64,000 bases of DNA from an uncultured Acidobacteriota bacterium (GTDB lineage: Bacteria; Acidobacteriota; Thermoanaerobaculia; Gp7-AA8): positions 2,400,001 to 2,464,000 of the forward strand of contig CAWGHO010000002.1 of NCBI GenBank assembly GCA_963822445.1, written 5' to 3'. Numbering within the stretch: the stretch's first letter is position 1; each line of letters starts with the position of its first letter. The notes beneath the pieces were generated by a model. That model saw only the letters and a program-made list of their open reading frames with translations. It made no database searches and had not been told where the DNA came from. Below are positions 37,802 through 47,913 of this stretch, piece by piece. A program made the translations under genes and the position numbers.

Positions 37802-38543
37802 GCAGCTCCCGGGACAGAATCAGCTCCGCCACGAACCGTTCCAACGCGTAGCGCAGGCCGGGCGGGCCGTCGAGGACCAACCCCTTCACGAACAGCGTGT
37901 GCACGAGCACCGCGAACGGCGCGACGACGATCAGCTTGCGGATGCGCGCGGCGAGATTGAGCGACCGCGGATCGGCGTTGCGCAGCTTCGCCGCTTCCTG
38001 ACGCATGTAGACCTTCTGCCGGGCCACGAAACGCCGGAAGCTCTTGCGGTCGTCGTGAATCACGCGCGTGTGCAGCTCGCCGAGGTCGCCGTCGACGAGG
38101 AGACGTTGCGTGTGCCCATCCTGCATAAATGCGGCGTGCGCCGTGGAGGCGAGGATGATGCGAGGCGGGTACAGCGACGCTCGCAGCGGACGGCCATCGA
38201 TCGCGTAGATGAACGCCGCGCGATACCCGCGAATGTTTGTGGGGACCTGTAGCGACTCGAGCTCGTGCGCGATCGCGTCGGGGAGGAAGTAGTCCGCGTC
38301 GAGCGCGAGGAACCAGGGAGTGCGCACCTGCTGCAGGCCGAACGTCCACTGCTGCGCGTGGGTGTCGAACGCTCGCTCGAAGACGCGGACGTTTGGAAAG
38401 CGACGGGCCGCGGCGACGGTGCCGTCGCTCGACAGACTGTCCACGAGGACGATGTCGTGCGCCCAGCGGAGTTGCCCGAGGGTGCGCGCGATGTTCGGCT
38501 CCTCATCGCGAGTCAGGATCACCGGGGTGATCTGATCGAGCAA
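37746..38543 (-). CDS. GT2 glycosyltransferase (WaaE-like)
   Basis: ILTRDEEPNI, VDSLSSDGT, LDADY; TTG start after GGAGG. Confidence 0.85.
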   Translation of the reverse strand: MLDQITPVILTRDEEPNIARTLGQLRWAHDIVLVDSLSSDGTVAAARRFPNVRVFERAFDTHAQQWTFGLQQVRTPWFLALDADYFLPDAIAHELESLQVPTNIRGYRAAFIYAIDGRPLRASLYPPRIILASTAHAAFMQDGHTQRLLVDGDLGELHTRVIHDDRKSFRRFVARQKVYMRQEAAKLRNADPRSLNLAARIRKLIVVAPFAVLVHTLFVKGLVLDGPPGLRYALERFVAELILSRELLTTAGSSDRPSPADPSSS

Positions 38544-39619
38544 TACGCTGCCTCCATCTCTTCGGCCACGCGAGGCCACGCGAATCGCGATTCCACCAGC
38601 GCCCGCCCTTTCCGGCCCATTGTCGCGCGCCGCTGCGGATCATCGAGCAGCGCCGGCACTTCCTCGAGACCGATCACGCCCGCGCCGGCGCGCAGGACAT
38701 CGTCCGCCAGGCCCACGCCCCGCGACAACACCACCGGCGTTTCCATCGCCAGAGCCTCCAGCACGGCGTTGCCGAAATTCTCCGAGGTGGAAAGCAGCAC
38801 GAAGAGGGTGGCCCGTGCCAGCAGCTCCTCTTTCGCCCGATCGTAGACCGGCCCGACGAACTCCACATTCGCGCCGACGCGGGCCGCGAGCTCGCGCAAC
38901 CGCGGCGTCAGATTCTCTTCGTCGTTTCCGGCGACGATCAGCTTTGCGTTGAGAGCCGGCGCGGCCTCGATGACCTGTTCGACCCCTTTCTTCCAGTTGA
39001 TGCGGCCGAGGAAGAGGAGGGTGCGCTCGTCGCGTGGAACGTTCGGACGCGACGGAAGGTCGACGCCGTTCGGAATCACGACCGGCGAGGGCAGCGGCAT
39101 TCCGACGCGGCGCGCATCATCCCACTCCAGTTGCGACGTGAAATGAATCGCCGACGCTTTTGTGAAGCCACGGCGTTCGATCAATCTCAGCCAGAGCGTT
39201 TTCGCGATCCGGCTCTTGCCGGCAATCAGTTCCGGCACGAGCATCCCTCGCGGCGAGATCACGTACGGAACGCCGGCCGCCCGCGCCGCGCGCGCCGCCG
39301 CCACGCCGGGCCAGAGGTAGACCGCGTGCGAATGCACGACGTCGAAGCCGCGCACTGACGAATCGAGCGCCTTTCCCATCTGCGAGGACCAGTACACGCG
39401 CCGATGACGCGACTCGAAGTAATGCACCTGAACGCCGTCGACGTCGACCGGTTTGTTCGCGGGGACATCGAGCGTTCCGTCGCCGTCCACGTTCGTCGTG
39501 AACACGTGCACGTCGTGGCCGCGCGCGACGAGCGCTTTGCACAGGCCATGGACCGCGATGATCGGACCACCGTATCGCCGCGCCGGAAAGTAGGTCGGAA
39601 CGACGTGCAGGATTCTCAA
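38519..39619 (-). CDS. GT4 glycosyltransferase
   Basis: YGGP, PYVISPRGML, IPNGV, FLGRINWKKG, ENFGNAVLEA. Confidence 0.9.
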   Translation of the reverse strand: MRILHVVPTYFPARRYGGPIIAVHGLCKALVARGHDVHVFTTNVDGDGTLDVPANKPVDVDGVQVHYFESRHRRVYWSSQMGKALDSSVRGFDVVHSHAVYLWPGVAAARAARAAGVPYVISPRGMLVPELIAGKSRIAKTLWLRLIERRGFTKASAIHFTSQLEWDDARRVGMPLPSPVVIPNGVDLPSRPNVPRDERTLLFLGRINWKKGVEQVIEAAPALNAKLIVAGNDEENLTPRLRELAARVGANVEFVGPVYDRAKEELLARATLFVLLSTSENFGNAVLEALAMETPVVLSRGVGLADDVLRAGAGVIGLEEVPALLDDPQRRATMGRKGRALVESRFAWPRVAEEMEAAYCSIRSPR

Positions 39620-40998
39620 GCGACCTGTGGCGCGGCCGCCGCCGGAGCGCGGTAAGTGGTTTCCTGCGCGAGCCGTTCATCGAGCGTCGCCGATCCGAAG
39701 AGACAACCGGCGAGGAACGCGCTCATCAAGGTGAGAACGGGATCGGAGTAGGCCTGCGCCGAGGCGAGGAAGTTGCCGATGTTGGCGACGACCATTGCGA
39801 ACAACGCGACCCGGATGATCTGCGACGTCCCCTCGATGTCGGGAACGGCGGCGATCCGAAGCATCATCCGCAGAATCGACCATCCCAGAAGAGCGAACAC
39901 GAAGAGACCGGGCAGCCCCAGTTCCTTGGTGATTTTGCCCAGGCCGCCCTCCTGCCAGCCGAAGTCCGTCTCGCGGCCGCTGACGTGGCGGATGCCCTGC
40001 GTCGCCGCGCCCAGCCCGGCGCCCATGAACGATCCCTCCGCGAGCGTGCCCATGACGCCGCCCTCGAGCCGCTGGAACACCTCACCAGGCGTCGTCCGCG
40101 TCCCCCGCGCATAAACCTCGGACTTCTCACCGGAGCGGATCTCGCGCACCACGAGACCGAGGGCGAGGCCGAGCAAGACGACCAGCGCGATCTGGGTCGT
40201 GGTCATGCGCGTGATGAATCGCCAGACGAACACGATCGCGAAGACGGCCACCATGTACACCGCTTTACGGCGGCCGCTGATGATGCAGTTCAGAAATCCC
40301 CACGCGGCGACGGCGATCCACGGCCAGGCCTTCGTCAGCTCGCGCGTTCTGACGGCCAGCGTCACGCCGATCGCGGTGAGCATCGCCGCGTGCCAGGCCA
40401 TGATGTCCGGCGCGCGATAGAAGCCGGACAGCACGCGGATCTGAATGCCGGGAAGATGGCGGACGTAGCCGCCGGGCATGGCCACGACGCCGAGGACCGG
40501 CCAGTTGAAGCGCAGGTACTCGAGCACCGTTCCGATCAGGCTGATCGACGTGAGCACCGCGTAAAACCTGAAGAAGCGGATGATCTGCTCCTCGCGAGTG
40601 AGCCACGCATAGCCGAGGAGAACGGCGGGGATGGGCAGGAGGTAGATGAGGAAGCTGAGGGCCGGCACCTGCCACGCTTCCAGGCCGAACGTCGCCAGGC
40701 CGTTGAAGGCGGCCATGACCAGCACCACCGCGAACAGGATGATTGCCGCGTAGAGCCGCGGGAAGCGGCGCTCGAAGTCGGCGCGGTTCCGCTGCAGCGA
40801 TCCGATCGCGGCGAACAGAATGACGGCGTAGACCGCGACGATGCTCATCGACAGCACCGCCGGTGTTCCCGGAGTCAGCTTGCGCACCGGATCCTGGAGG
40901 ATTCCGCAGACGACCGCGGCGAGCCAGCCGTAGCGCCAGTTCGAAAGCGCGAGGGCCATCGACGCGGCCAGGACGGCTCCGAAGAGCAGGGTGATCAT
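39616..40998 (-). CDS. Polytopic membrane protein, probable Wzy-type polymerase
   Basis: About 11 hydrophobic segments, ISGRRKA and GAGLG motifs, in GT operon. Confidence 0.6.
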   Translation of the reverse strand: MITLLFGAVLAASMALALSNWRYGWLAAVVCGILQDPVRKLTPGTPAVLSMSIVAVYAVILFAAIGSLQRNRADFERRFPRLYAAIILFAVVLVMAAFNGLATFGLEAWQVPALSFLIYLLPIPAVLLGYAWLTREEQIIRFFRFYAVLTSISLIGTVLEYLRFNWPVLGVVAMPGGYVRHLPGIQIRVLSGFYRAPDIMAWHAAMLTAIGVTLAVRTRELTKAWPWIAVAAWGFLNCIISGRRKAVYMVAVFAIVFVWRFITRMTTTQIALVVLLGLALGLVVREIRSGEKSEVYARGTRTTPGEVFQRLEGGVMGTLAEGSFMGAGLGAATQGIRHVSGRETDFGWQEGGLGKITKELGLPGLFVFALLGWSILRMMLRIAAVPDIEGTSQIIRVALFAMVVANIGNFLASAQAYSDPVLTLMSAFLAGCLFGSATLDERLAQETTYRAPAAAAPQVA

Positions 40999-41885
40999 GG
41001 TTGGTCGCCGGGCGCAACAACGCGCAGGCTGCGTCCCTTCCGGTACAGCCGCCGCGCCAGCAGCAGGCCGCGCGCTTCACCGATCAGCTTGCCGGGGATG
41101 TGCCAGGGACGGGCAGCGAGATAGCGCGTGGCCACGTTCTGCACGATGCGCCGCGCCGCGTAAGCCCAGAACCCTTTCATGTGATGCAGCGCGAAGTAGT
41201 AATCGCCGGCGGAGTGCGCGGCGACGGGTGCGGTGCGGTGGTCGCCGTAGCTTCGCAGTCCGCCCGTCGAAAGCTGGAGGTGCCGCAGCGATGCGCGCGG
41301 CTCGAACCAGATCTTTCCGCCGGCCGCAGCGATGCGCATCGCAAAGTCGGTTTCGAATCGATAAGCGGCGCCGGTAAAGTTCTCGTCGAACCCGCCGATC
41401 TGCAGCGCGCGCTCGCGCTTCACCGAGAGATTGCCGGCCATCACGTTCGTCACGAACTGCCCGACGGTGCCGTTGAAGGCGAAGTGCAGATCGTCGCGCG
41501 ATGCCGTTTGCGCCGGCTCCTGTCCGGGCTGCAGAACCTGGCCGGCGACGGCCCAGATCTCGTCACTCGCGTGCGCCGCGACGTGAACGCCGGCGAGGTC
41601 GCGATTCGGAATCACGTCGTCATCCATGAACAGAACGAGCGGCGTCGTCGCCGCCAGTAGCGCATCGTTCATCGCGCGTGGAATCGACGGTTCGGCCAGC
41701 CGCAACCAGCGGATTGCGCCGGAGTTGCTCCACTCGCGCAGGCGCGTCTCGATCTCGGGAGGATGGGCGACGGTTTGGTCGGCAATGACGACGGAAGCCG
41801 CGCGGGGCTGCAAATCGAGCAGGCGCTCGATCGTCTCGACGAGGATCGCGCCGCGGTTGTAGGTCGGAATGGCAATGGTGATCAT
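40995..41885 (-). CDS. GT2 glycosyltransferase
   Basis: MITIAIPTYNR, FMDDDV, GGFDENF, ETDF. Confidence 0.88.
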   Translation of the reverse strand: MITIAIPTYNRGAILVETIERLLDLQPRAASVVIADQTVAHPPEIETRLREWSNSGAIRWLRLAEPSIPRAMNDALLAATTPLVLFMDDDVIPNRDLAGVHVAAHASDEIWAVAGQVLQPGQEPAQTASRDDLHFAFNGTVGQFVTNVMAGNLSVKRERALQIGGFDENFTGAAYRFETDFAMRIAAAGGKIWFEPRASLRHLQLSTGGLRSYGDHRTAPVAAHSAGDYYFALHHMKGFWAYAARRIVQNVATRYLAARPWHIPGKLIGEARGLLLARRLYRKGRSLRVVAPGDQP

Positions 41886-43057
41886 CGACGATGATCCAGG
41901 AACGCGAGAGCCTCTTTCACGCCCTCGACGCCGCGCCCGTAGTCCCATGTTGCAATGATCTCGCGCGACCGCTGTCCCATCCGTGCGCGCAACTCGTCAT
42001 CCATCAGCGCGTCCAGCGCCCGCGACAGCGCGAGAGGATCGCCGGCCGGGTAAACGAATGCGTTTTCGCCTTCGAGCACGATGTCGCCCAGCGAGCCGCA
42101 GCGGTCGGTGACGACGACCGGCAACCCGCAGGCCATGGCCTCGTTGATCACCGCACCGCGCGGCTCGTAGGTCGAAGGCAGCACGAAGACGTCGCCCATC
42201 GCGTAATGCCGGGGAAGGTCGGCCTGGTTGACGAAGCCGAGGAAGCGGACGTTGAGCTTGTGCTCCTCGGCGAAGTCTTCCAGCGCCTGGCGAAGCTCGC
42301 CGTGTCCGAGAAAGATCACCACCGCGCGCGAGGAGTGCTTCATGTTCGCGACAGCTTTCAGCAGCGTCATCGGATCCTTGCGCTCGACGAGCTTCGCCGA
42401 GAAGACGAACGCGATCATCTCCGGTCCGATCTCGAAGTTCGCTCGCATCGCGTCGCGCTCGCCCGGTGCGAAGCGGCTGCCCTCGATGAACCGCTCGTTG
42501 TCGATCGCCCAGGGCAGGAGGAAAAAGCGGCGACGGTCGGCGCCGTAGTGCTCGTAATACGCGGCGTTCAGCGTTCCGGACACCATGAATCCGCTCGCCA
42601 GGGCGAACACGCCTCGGACGAACCACGCCCGCATCCGCGCGCGGAACGAATCTTCGGCAGGTGGGAAACTACTGTCGCCGTAAAGGAGAAACGGCGTCTC
42701 GCTGGCCCGGCACGCGGCGATTCCCAGCAGCGAGGTGATCGTGCCCCAGCCCAGAAAGAAAATGACGGCGTCGAAGTTGCCGCGGGCAAGGGCGGGGACA
42801 ATCCCGGGATTGATGGCGCGGGTGTAGCCGTCGTCCCAGCCGAAGTTGCGGAGGAAGACGTGGCGGTAGCCTTCGAGCAATTCGATGTCCCACCGCAACG
42901 ACGTCTTCATATCCTCATCGCGATAAACCTCGGCACCCGCAGTCGAACAATAAAAAACCGTGAGGTCGATCGCGGGATCGGCGGCGAGGCGCCTGAAAAA
43001 CGGATCCTGATACTGGATCACGTGCGAGGCGACGATGGCCAGACGATGCCGCTTCAC
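41882..43057 (-). CDS. GT4 glycosyltransferase
   Basis: LAIVASHVIQYQ, GFVNQ, FVLPS.YEPRGAVINEAMACGLP. Confidence 0.9.
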   Translation of the reverse strand: MKRHRLAIVASHVIQYQDPFFRRLAADPAIDLTVFYCSTAGAEVYRDEDMKTSLRWDIELLEGYRHVFLRNFGWDDGYTRAINPGIVPALARGNFDAVIFFLGWGTITSLLGIAACRASETPFLLYGDSSFPPAEDSFRARMRAWFVRGVFALASGFMVSGTLNAAYYEHYGADRRRFFLLPWAIDNERFIEGSRFAPGERDAMRANFEIGPEMIAFVFSAKLVERKDPMTLLKAVANMKHSSRAVVIFLGHGELRQALEDFAEEHKLNVRFLGFVNQADLPRHYAMGDVFVLPSTYEPRGAVINEAMACGLPVVVTDRCGSLGDIVLEGENAFVYPAGDPLALSRALDALMDDELRARMGQRSREIIATWDYGRGVEGVKEALAFLDHRR

Positions 43058-44205
43058 CGTGCGAGCCTGCTTTCGTAGAAGCTCGTGCACTCGCGAGCCA
43101 CGCGCGTCCATGAGTATTGCCTGGCCGTCGTCGCCGCGGCGACGCTCATTGTTTCCGCGCGTTTCGAATCGCGCGCGATCGCCAGCGCCGCATCCGCGAG
43201 CGCAACCGCGTCGCCGACGGGCACCAGGCAACCGTTGCGGCCATGCTCGATGAGGTCATGCATGCCGCCGGCATCGCTGGCCACGGCGCACAACCCGCGG
43301 CTCATGGCTTCCAGAAACGCCTTTCCGAATCCTTCGAAGAACGAGGGGAAGAGAAAGAGGCCGTGCGCGTCGTAGATCTCGCGCAGGGCGGCCTGCGAGG
43401 TCCAGTGCAGAAGCTCGACGCGCTCGTTCGTGTCGATGCTGAGCAGCGCGCGAACGTCGCCGTGGCTCGCGCGATCGCACACCCAGGTGAAGCGCAGATT
43501 CGAGTCGGCCGCTCCCATCCTGTTCATCGCCTCGGCCGTGATCATCGGCGCTTTCACGAACGCGAACTGTCCGACATGCAGCACGCGGCGCAGGCGTTCC
43601 GCGGTCATCGGCAACGCTGGCGTGGTCACGTAGTCATCGGGCGCGGCCTGGGGGATGACGGCGATTTTCGCGCGATCGACGCGCATCGGTCCCGCGAGGT
43701 AATCGGCATCGAGCGTCGACGAGACGATGTGACCATCCGCCTCGCGAGCGATGAGCCGCGAGTGCCTGGCCAGGAAGGCCGAGAGCACGTTTGACGCGGC
43801 TCGCCGGGCGGCGCCGCGGCGATCGTCGCCGAATCGCTCACGCCACGGCGCCAGAGTCTCCTCGACGTGCAATTCGAGTCCGTGCGAGCGATGGATGAAC
43901 ACCGATCGCGGCGAAAGTCGATGCACCGCACGCGCGGCGCGAAATCCGTGCGGCTGGTTGACGTGCACGACGTCGTACGCCTTTTTCTGCAGCGCGCGAA
44001 TGGCGGCCCGTTCGTACGTGCGAGGCAGCTCGAGCAGCAGATGAAGATTGCCGTGCGCGATCTTGCGGCCGAGGTCGTCGGCCCAGATGTCGTCGACCTC
44101 GTGCCCCAGCCCCCGCAAAGCCCGTGCGGTCTGCACCTCGGTACCGGCAGCACCGCGATCGGGATCGGCGGGCGTGTCGGCCATCATCAGAATGCGGAGG
44201 GGCAT
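43054..44205 (-). CDS. GT4 glycosyltransferase
   Basis: FLFPSFFEGFGKAFLEAMSRG (EX7E). Confidence 0.9.
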   Translation of the reverse strand: MPLRILMMADTPADPDRGAAGTEVQTARALRGLGHEVDDIWADDLGRKIAHGNLHLLLELPRTYERAAIRALQKKAYDVVHVNQPHGFRAARAVHRLSPRSVFIHRSHGLELHVEETLAPWRERFGDDRRGAARRAASNVLSAFLARHSRLIAREADGHIVSSTLDADYLAGPMRVDRAKIAVIPQAAPDDYVTTPALPMTAERLRRVLHVGQFAFVKAPMITAEAMNRMGAADSNLRFTWVCDRASHGDVRALLSIDTNERVELLHWTSQAALREIYDAHGLFLFPSFFEGFGKAFLEAMSRGLCAVASDAGGMHDLIEHGRNGCLVPVGDAVALADAALAIARDSKRAETMSVAAATTARQYSWTRVARECTSFYESRLAR

Positions 44206-44226
44206 CGCGCAGATCTTATGTCGCCA

Positions 44227-45117
44227 CTAAAAGAACGACTGAATGAGACGCATCCAGGCCCGGAGCGAAAGCGGCGATGCGGCGATGGCTTCGCGGAAAT
44301 AACGGCGCGCACGCGGGTCCCCGTTGCGGCGCAACGCTTCGCCGATGAAGTACAGGCCCGCTGCGGGGTTCGCGGTACCGACCGTTTTCCCGATTGCACG
44401 CGCGGCCATCAAAATCGCCTCTTCCGATTCACCACGCTGACGCGCCTTCATCGCCTGTTCCGAGAGCGAAGCGAGACGCATCTGCGTGTCGCGCGCCGCG
44501 GTGCTGATGCTTCCCGGGGTGATGCGCGCGCGATAAAGGACGTCGGGCACAGTCTGAAACGTGCCGATGGCGGCCATCCGGAACCAGAGATCGAAATCCT
44601 GGCCGTAATAGAACGTGTTGCGATAGCCGCCGGCGCGCAGGTAGGCATCGCGGCGGAACATGACCGAGCCGTGATGGGTCGGCCCGTCGAGCAGCTTCTC
44701 TCCTTCGAGAATTACGCGCGGCGCATCCTCGGCGATCCGCTCGCCGCGCATGATCCACAGCGGCTCGAGCTCGGGGCCGACGTATTCGGTCCAGCAGGAG
44801 ACGAACGTCGCGCCGGCGTCGAGCAGCGCGGCCTGTTTCTCGAAACGCGAAGGAAGGGACGTGTCACCGGCGTCGTGTCGGGCGATGTACTCGCCTTTGG
44901 CGGCCGCGCATCCTTCGATCAGCGACCTGGTGAGGCCGCGATTCTGTTCGTGGCGGATGATGCGGACGCGTGGGTCGGCGATTGCGATCGGAACGGTGGA
45001 TCCGTCGTCGACGACGATCAGCTCGAAATCGTTGAAGGTCTGGCCGAGGATCGAGTCGAGTGTTTCGCGCAACTCCGGCCCGGCGTTGTAGACGCCCATG
45101 ACGACGGAGATCTTCAT
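44227..45117 (-). CDS. GT2 glycosyltransferase
   Basis: ISVVMGVYN, VVDDGS, ARHDAGD, QDFDLW. Confidence 0.9.
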   Translation of the reverse strand: MKISVVMGVYNAGPELRETLDSILGQTFNDFELIVVDDGSTVPIAIADPRVRIIRHEQNRGLTRSLIEGCAAAKGEYIARHDAGDTSLPSRFEKQAALLDAGATFVSCWTEYVGPELEPLWIMRGERIAEDAPRVILEGEKLLDGPTHHGSVMFRRDAYLRAGGYRNTFYYGQDFDLWFRMAAIGTFQTVPDVLYRARITPGSISTAARDTQMRLASLSEQAMKARQRGESEEAILMAARAIGKTVGTANPAAGLYFIGEALRRNGDPRARRYFREAIAASPLSLRAWMRLIQSFF

Positions 45118-46055
45118 CGCAGGCGATCCGAGAGGCAGGCCAGCTTGCCGGTGTTCGACCAGCCCAGAATCGCGGCTGCGGCGCGGTAGGCGCGGAACTG
45201 CAGCGCGCTCGCATTCATCGACGCCTCGCGTGCGAGCTCGAAGAGCATGCGCGACTCATCGGCCAGCCCCGCCGCGCCGGCCTGTCGCGAGAGCAGGAAC
45301 AGCTCGCGCGCGAAGTGCTGCATCTCCGGCGTGTCCGCGGCGATGCCGGCCCGTTTCGCATGTTCGTAGATCCGCGCATGGGCACGGGCGCGGTCGCGCA
45401 AGACCGCCGGCACGTGTCCGATGCGCGAGAGGCGCGGCTCGCCGTGCATGCGCACCTCGCAGACCCAGTCCTCGACGTAATGCAGACGCACGCCGGTCGC
45501 GGCGATCCGCGCGTCGTACTCCCAATCCTCTTCGTTCCGCAGATCGAGCCACGGGCCGGCCGCGTGAATGAGCGACGCGCGCCACAACGGCGTCGGCGTG
45601 TCCCACCAGCGCGACTGGAGCATGGCCGGAAAGAGCGTCTCGATGCGCTCACCGGTTCGCTTCGAGATCGCGCCGTCGATCTTCGTCCAGCCGTACGACG
45701 CGCCACGTTCCGGATGTTCGCGCAGACCGGTCACCTGCAGCTCGAACTTCCGCGGCAGCAGCAGATCGTCGCTGTCGAGATGCTGAATGAACTCGCCGCC
45801 GGCGAGTTTCCGGCCGGCCTCGCGGGCCAGACCGACGCCGCGATTTTCCTGATGAATGACCCGCACTTCGGGATGGTTCGCAGCCAGCGCGTCGGCAATC
45901 GACGGGGTGTCGTCGGTCGAGCCGTCGTCGATCACGATCACTTCGATCGGACGCCACGTCTGCGCCAGCACGCTCGCGACCGCTTCGCTCAGCATCGCGC
46001 CGCGGTTGAACACCGGGATGATCGTCGTGACGAGGCCGGGCTGCACGGAAGCCAT
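45114..46055 (-). CDS. GT2 glycosyltransferase
   Basis: IIPVFNR, VIDDGSTD, HLDSDD, EDWE. Confidence 0.9.
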   Translation of the reverse strand: MASVQPGLVTTIIPVFNRGAMLSEAVASVLAQTWRPIEVIVIDDGSTDDTPSIADALAANHPEVRVIHQENRGVGLAREAGRKLAGGEFIQHLDSDDLLLPRKFELQVTGLREHPERGASYGWTKIDGAISKRTGERIETLFPAMLQSRWWDTPTPLWRASLIHAAGPWLDLRNEEDWEYDARIAATGVRLHYVEDWVCEVRMHGEPRLSRIGHVPAVLRDRARAHARIYEHAKRAGIAADTPEMQHFARELFLLSRQAGAAGLADESRMLFELAREASMNASALQFRAYRAAAAILGWSNTGKLACLSDRLR

Positions 46056-46075
46056 TGTCTACAATTACGTAGACA
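46056..46075. promoter_or_regulatory. Palindrome filling a 21 bp divergent gap
   Basis: TGTCTAC-aattac-GTAGACA, contains TACAAT on the + strand. Confidence 0.5.
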
Positions 46076-46076
46076 G

Positions 46077-47027
46077 ATGCCGTCGATCAGAAAGAGGCTG
46101 CGGACGATCGCCGGCGCGCTGGTGTACGACGCGCCGCGGTTCGAGCGGCACCTCCGCGGACGCTGGGAGCTGATCCGCAATCGCAACGAACAGATCACCG
46201 TCGAAGGCCGCGGCGTGCGCTGCGACTGGCAGTGGACGTCGAACCTCCACTACTGCGACGTCTTTCCGCGAGCAGGCCGGCGGCTCATGCGTCGGACGCT
46301 TCGCGACTGGCCGATCGTGAGCGCCGATCAACCCGTATCGCCCGGAACACCGGTGGTGACGTTCATCGTCGGCCACCGCGGCTCGGCGCGTCTGCCTCAT
46401 CTCCTGGACACGCTGCGCAGCATCGCCGGACAGGACATTCCCAGCGAATGCATCGTCGTGGAGCAATCGGTTTCGCTCTCGGAGCTTCCGGCCTGGGTCA
46501 GACAGGTGCACATGAAAGTGGGCAGCGACTCCGAGCCGTACAACCGGAGCTCGGCGTTCAATTTCGGCGTTCCCCACGCCCGCGGCCGCGTGCTCGTGTT
46601 TCACGACAACGACATGCTCGTGCCGGCCGCGTACGCGCGGGAGATCGTCCGCCACGTCGACGAAGGTTGGGAAGCCGTCGACCTGAAGCGCTTCATCTTC
46701 TATCTCGACGAACAGGGCGCGCCCGATTACGTGATGCAGAACAACCACGGCGGAAGCGTGGCCATCACGCCCGAGGCTTTCGAGGCGATCGGGAGGTTCG
46801 ACGAGGGATTTGTCGGCTGGGGCGGCGAGGACAACGATTTCTGGGATCGCGCCGAAACGCGCCGGGCCACCCGCTTCGGCTACCTGCCCATCGTCCACCG
46901 CTGGCATCCCATGCAGCCCGCGCGCGGCGGAGTGCAGCGCTATCACGACGAGATCGCGAAGCAGCCGCCGGAAGAGCGGATCAGGCGCCTCTTATCGGTG
47001 CAGCAGAAACCGTTTGATCCGCGATAG
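46077..47027 (+). CDS. GT2/GT7-like (galactosyltransferase C-terminal domain) glycosyltransferase
   Basis: VVEQ, YNRS.AFN.G, FHDND, FDEGFVGWGGEDNDF, HRWH; start trimmed to ATG46077. Confidence 0.85.
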   Translation: MPSIRKRLRTIAGALVYDAPRFERHLRGRWELIRNRNEQITVEGRGVRCDWQWTSNLHYCDVFPRAGRRLMRRTLRDWPIVSADQPVSPGTPVVTFIVGHRGSARLPHLLDTLRSIAGQDIPSECIVVEQSVSLSELPAWVRQVHMKVGSDSEPYNRSSAFNFGVPHARGRVLVFHDNDMLVPAAYAREIVRHVDEGWEAVDLKRFIFYLDEQGAPDYVMQNNHGGSVAITPEAFEAIGRFDEGFVGWGGEDNDFWDRAETRRATRFGYLPIVHRWHPMQPARGGVQRYHDEIAKQPPEERIRRLLSVQQKPFDPR

Positions 47028-47909
47028 CGCGCGCCAGATCGGATAGCGCCCCGGAAACCAGTCCTTCCGCGAGCGGATGTCGGGATTGCGCAAGACCGCG
47101 GGATCGATGAGCGCCGATCGATACAGCGCAAACGTCCGCGGGATCCACTGATGCTCCGGCGTGTAGTGGTAGCGCACGTTCATCACGCCAACGCGCGCGT
47201 GGCGGCGAATAGCCGGATCCTTGTCGTTCAGGTAGGGCTCGACGGCTTTCGTCCAGTCGCGAATGATCTTCGCGCCGCTCGCGTCGCGCTGCTCCTCGTG
47301 ACGGCGGTAACGCGAGACGACGATGTCGACCTTGCGCACGGGAAACAGCCGGGCGATGCGCAGGTAGAACTCGGCATCGGCCGCGTAACTGATGTCCTCC
47401 CGCCACCCACCCACCGCCCGAGCCGCCTCGGCACGAAAGAACGCCGACGCCTGGGGGACGAACGAAAACTTGGCGAGATAGGCGAGGAGATCGAACTGCG
47501 GCAGGTTCGTCGGCCTGCCGCTCGGGCGCGACTGCGAGTCGACATCCTCGTAATCCCCGTAGATCAAACCAGCCTCGGGATACCGCTCGAATGCTTCGAC
47601 CATCGCCTGGACCGCGCCGGGGACGAAGAAGTCGTCCGAGCTCTGGATCATCAGGATCTCGCCGCGGGCCTCGCGCAGCCCTTTGTTCACGGCATCGACC
47701 ACGCCGGCATCGCGCTCCGACCACCAGCGCAGCTCGGGCCTCTCACCGTACGACTTCAACACGTCCACGGTCTCGTCGGTCGACGCGCCGTCCATCACGA
47801 TCAGCTCGAGCGGCCGGTAGTCCTGCGAAAGCGCGGAGTCGATCGTTTCGCGGATGTACCGCCCCTGGTTGTAGCTGGGGACGATGATCGAGACGAGAGG
47901 CGCGGTCAT
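46992..47909 (-). CDS. GT2 glycosyltransferase
   Basis: VSIIVPSYNQGRYI, DGASTD, AVNKG, SSDD. Confidence 0.9.
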   Translation of the reverse strand: MTAPLVSIIVPSYNQGRYIRETIDSALSQDYRPLELIVMDGASTDETVDVLKSYGERPELRWWSERDAGVVDAVNKGLREARGEILMIQSSDDFFVPGAVQAMVEAFERYPEAGLIYGDYEDVDSQSRPSGRPTNLPQFDLLAYLAKFSFVPQASAFFRAEAARAVGGWREDISYAADAEFYLRIARLFPVRKVDIVVSRYRRHEEQRDASGAKIIRDWTKAVEPYLNDKDPAIRRHARVGVMNVRYHYTPEHQWIPRTFALYRSALIDPAVLRNPDIRSRKDWFPGRYPIWRALSRIKRFLLHR

Positions 47910-47913
47910 GTCG

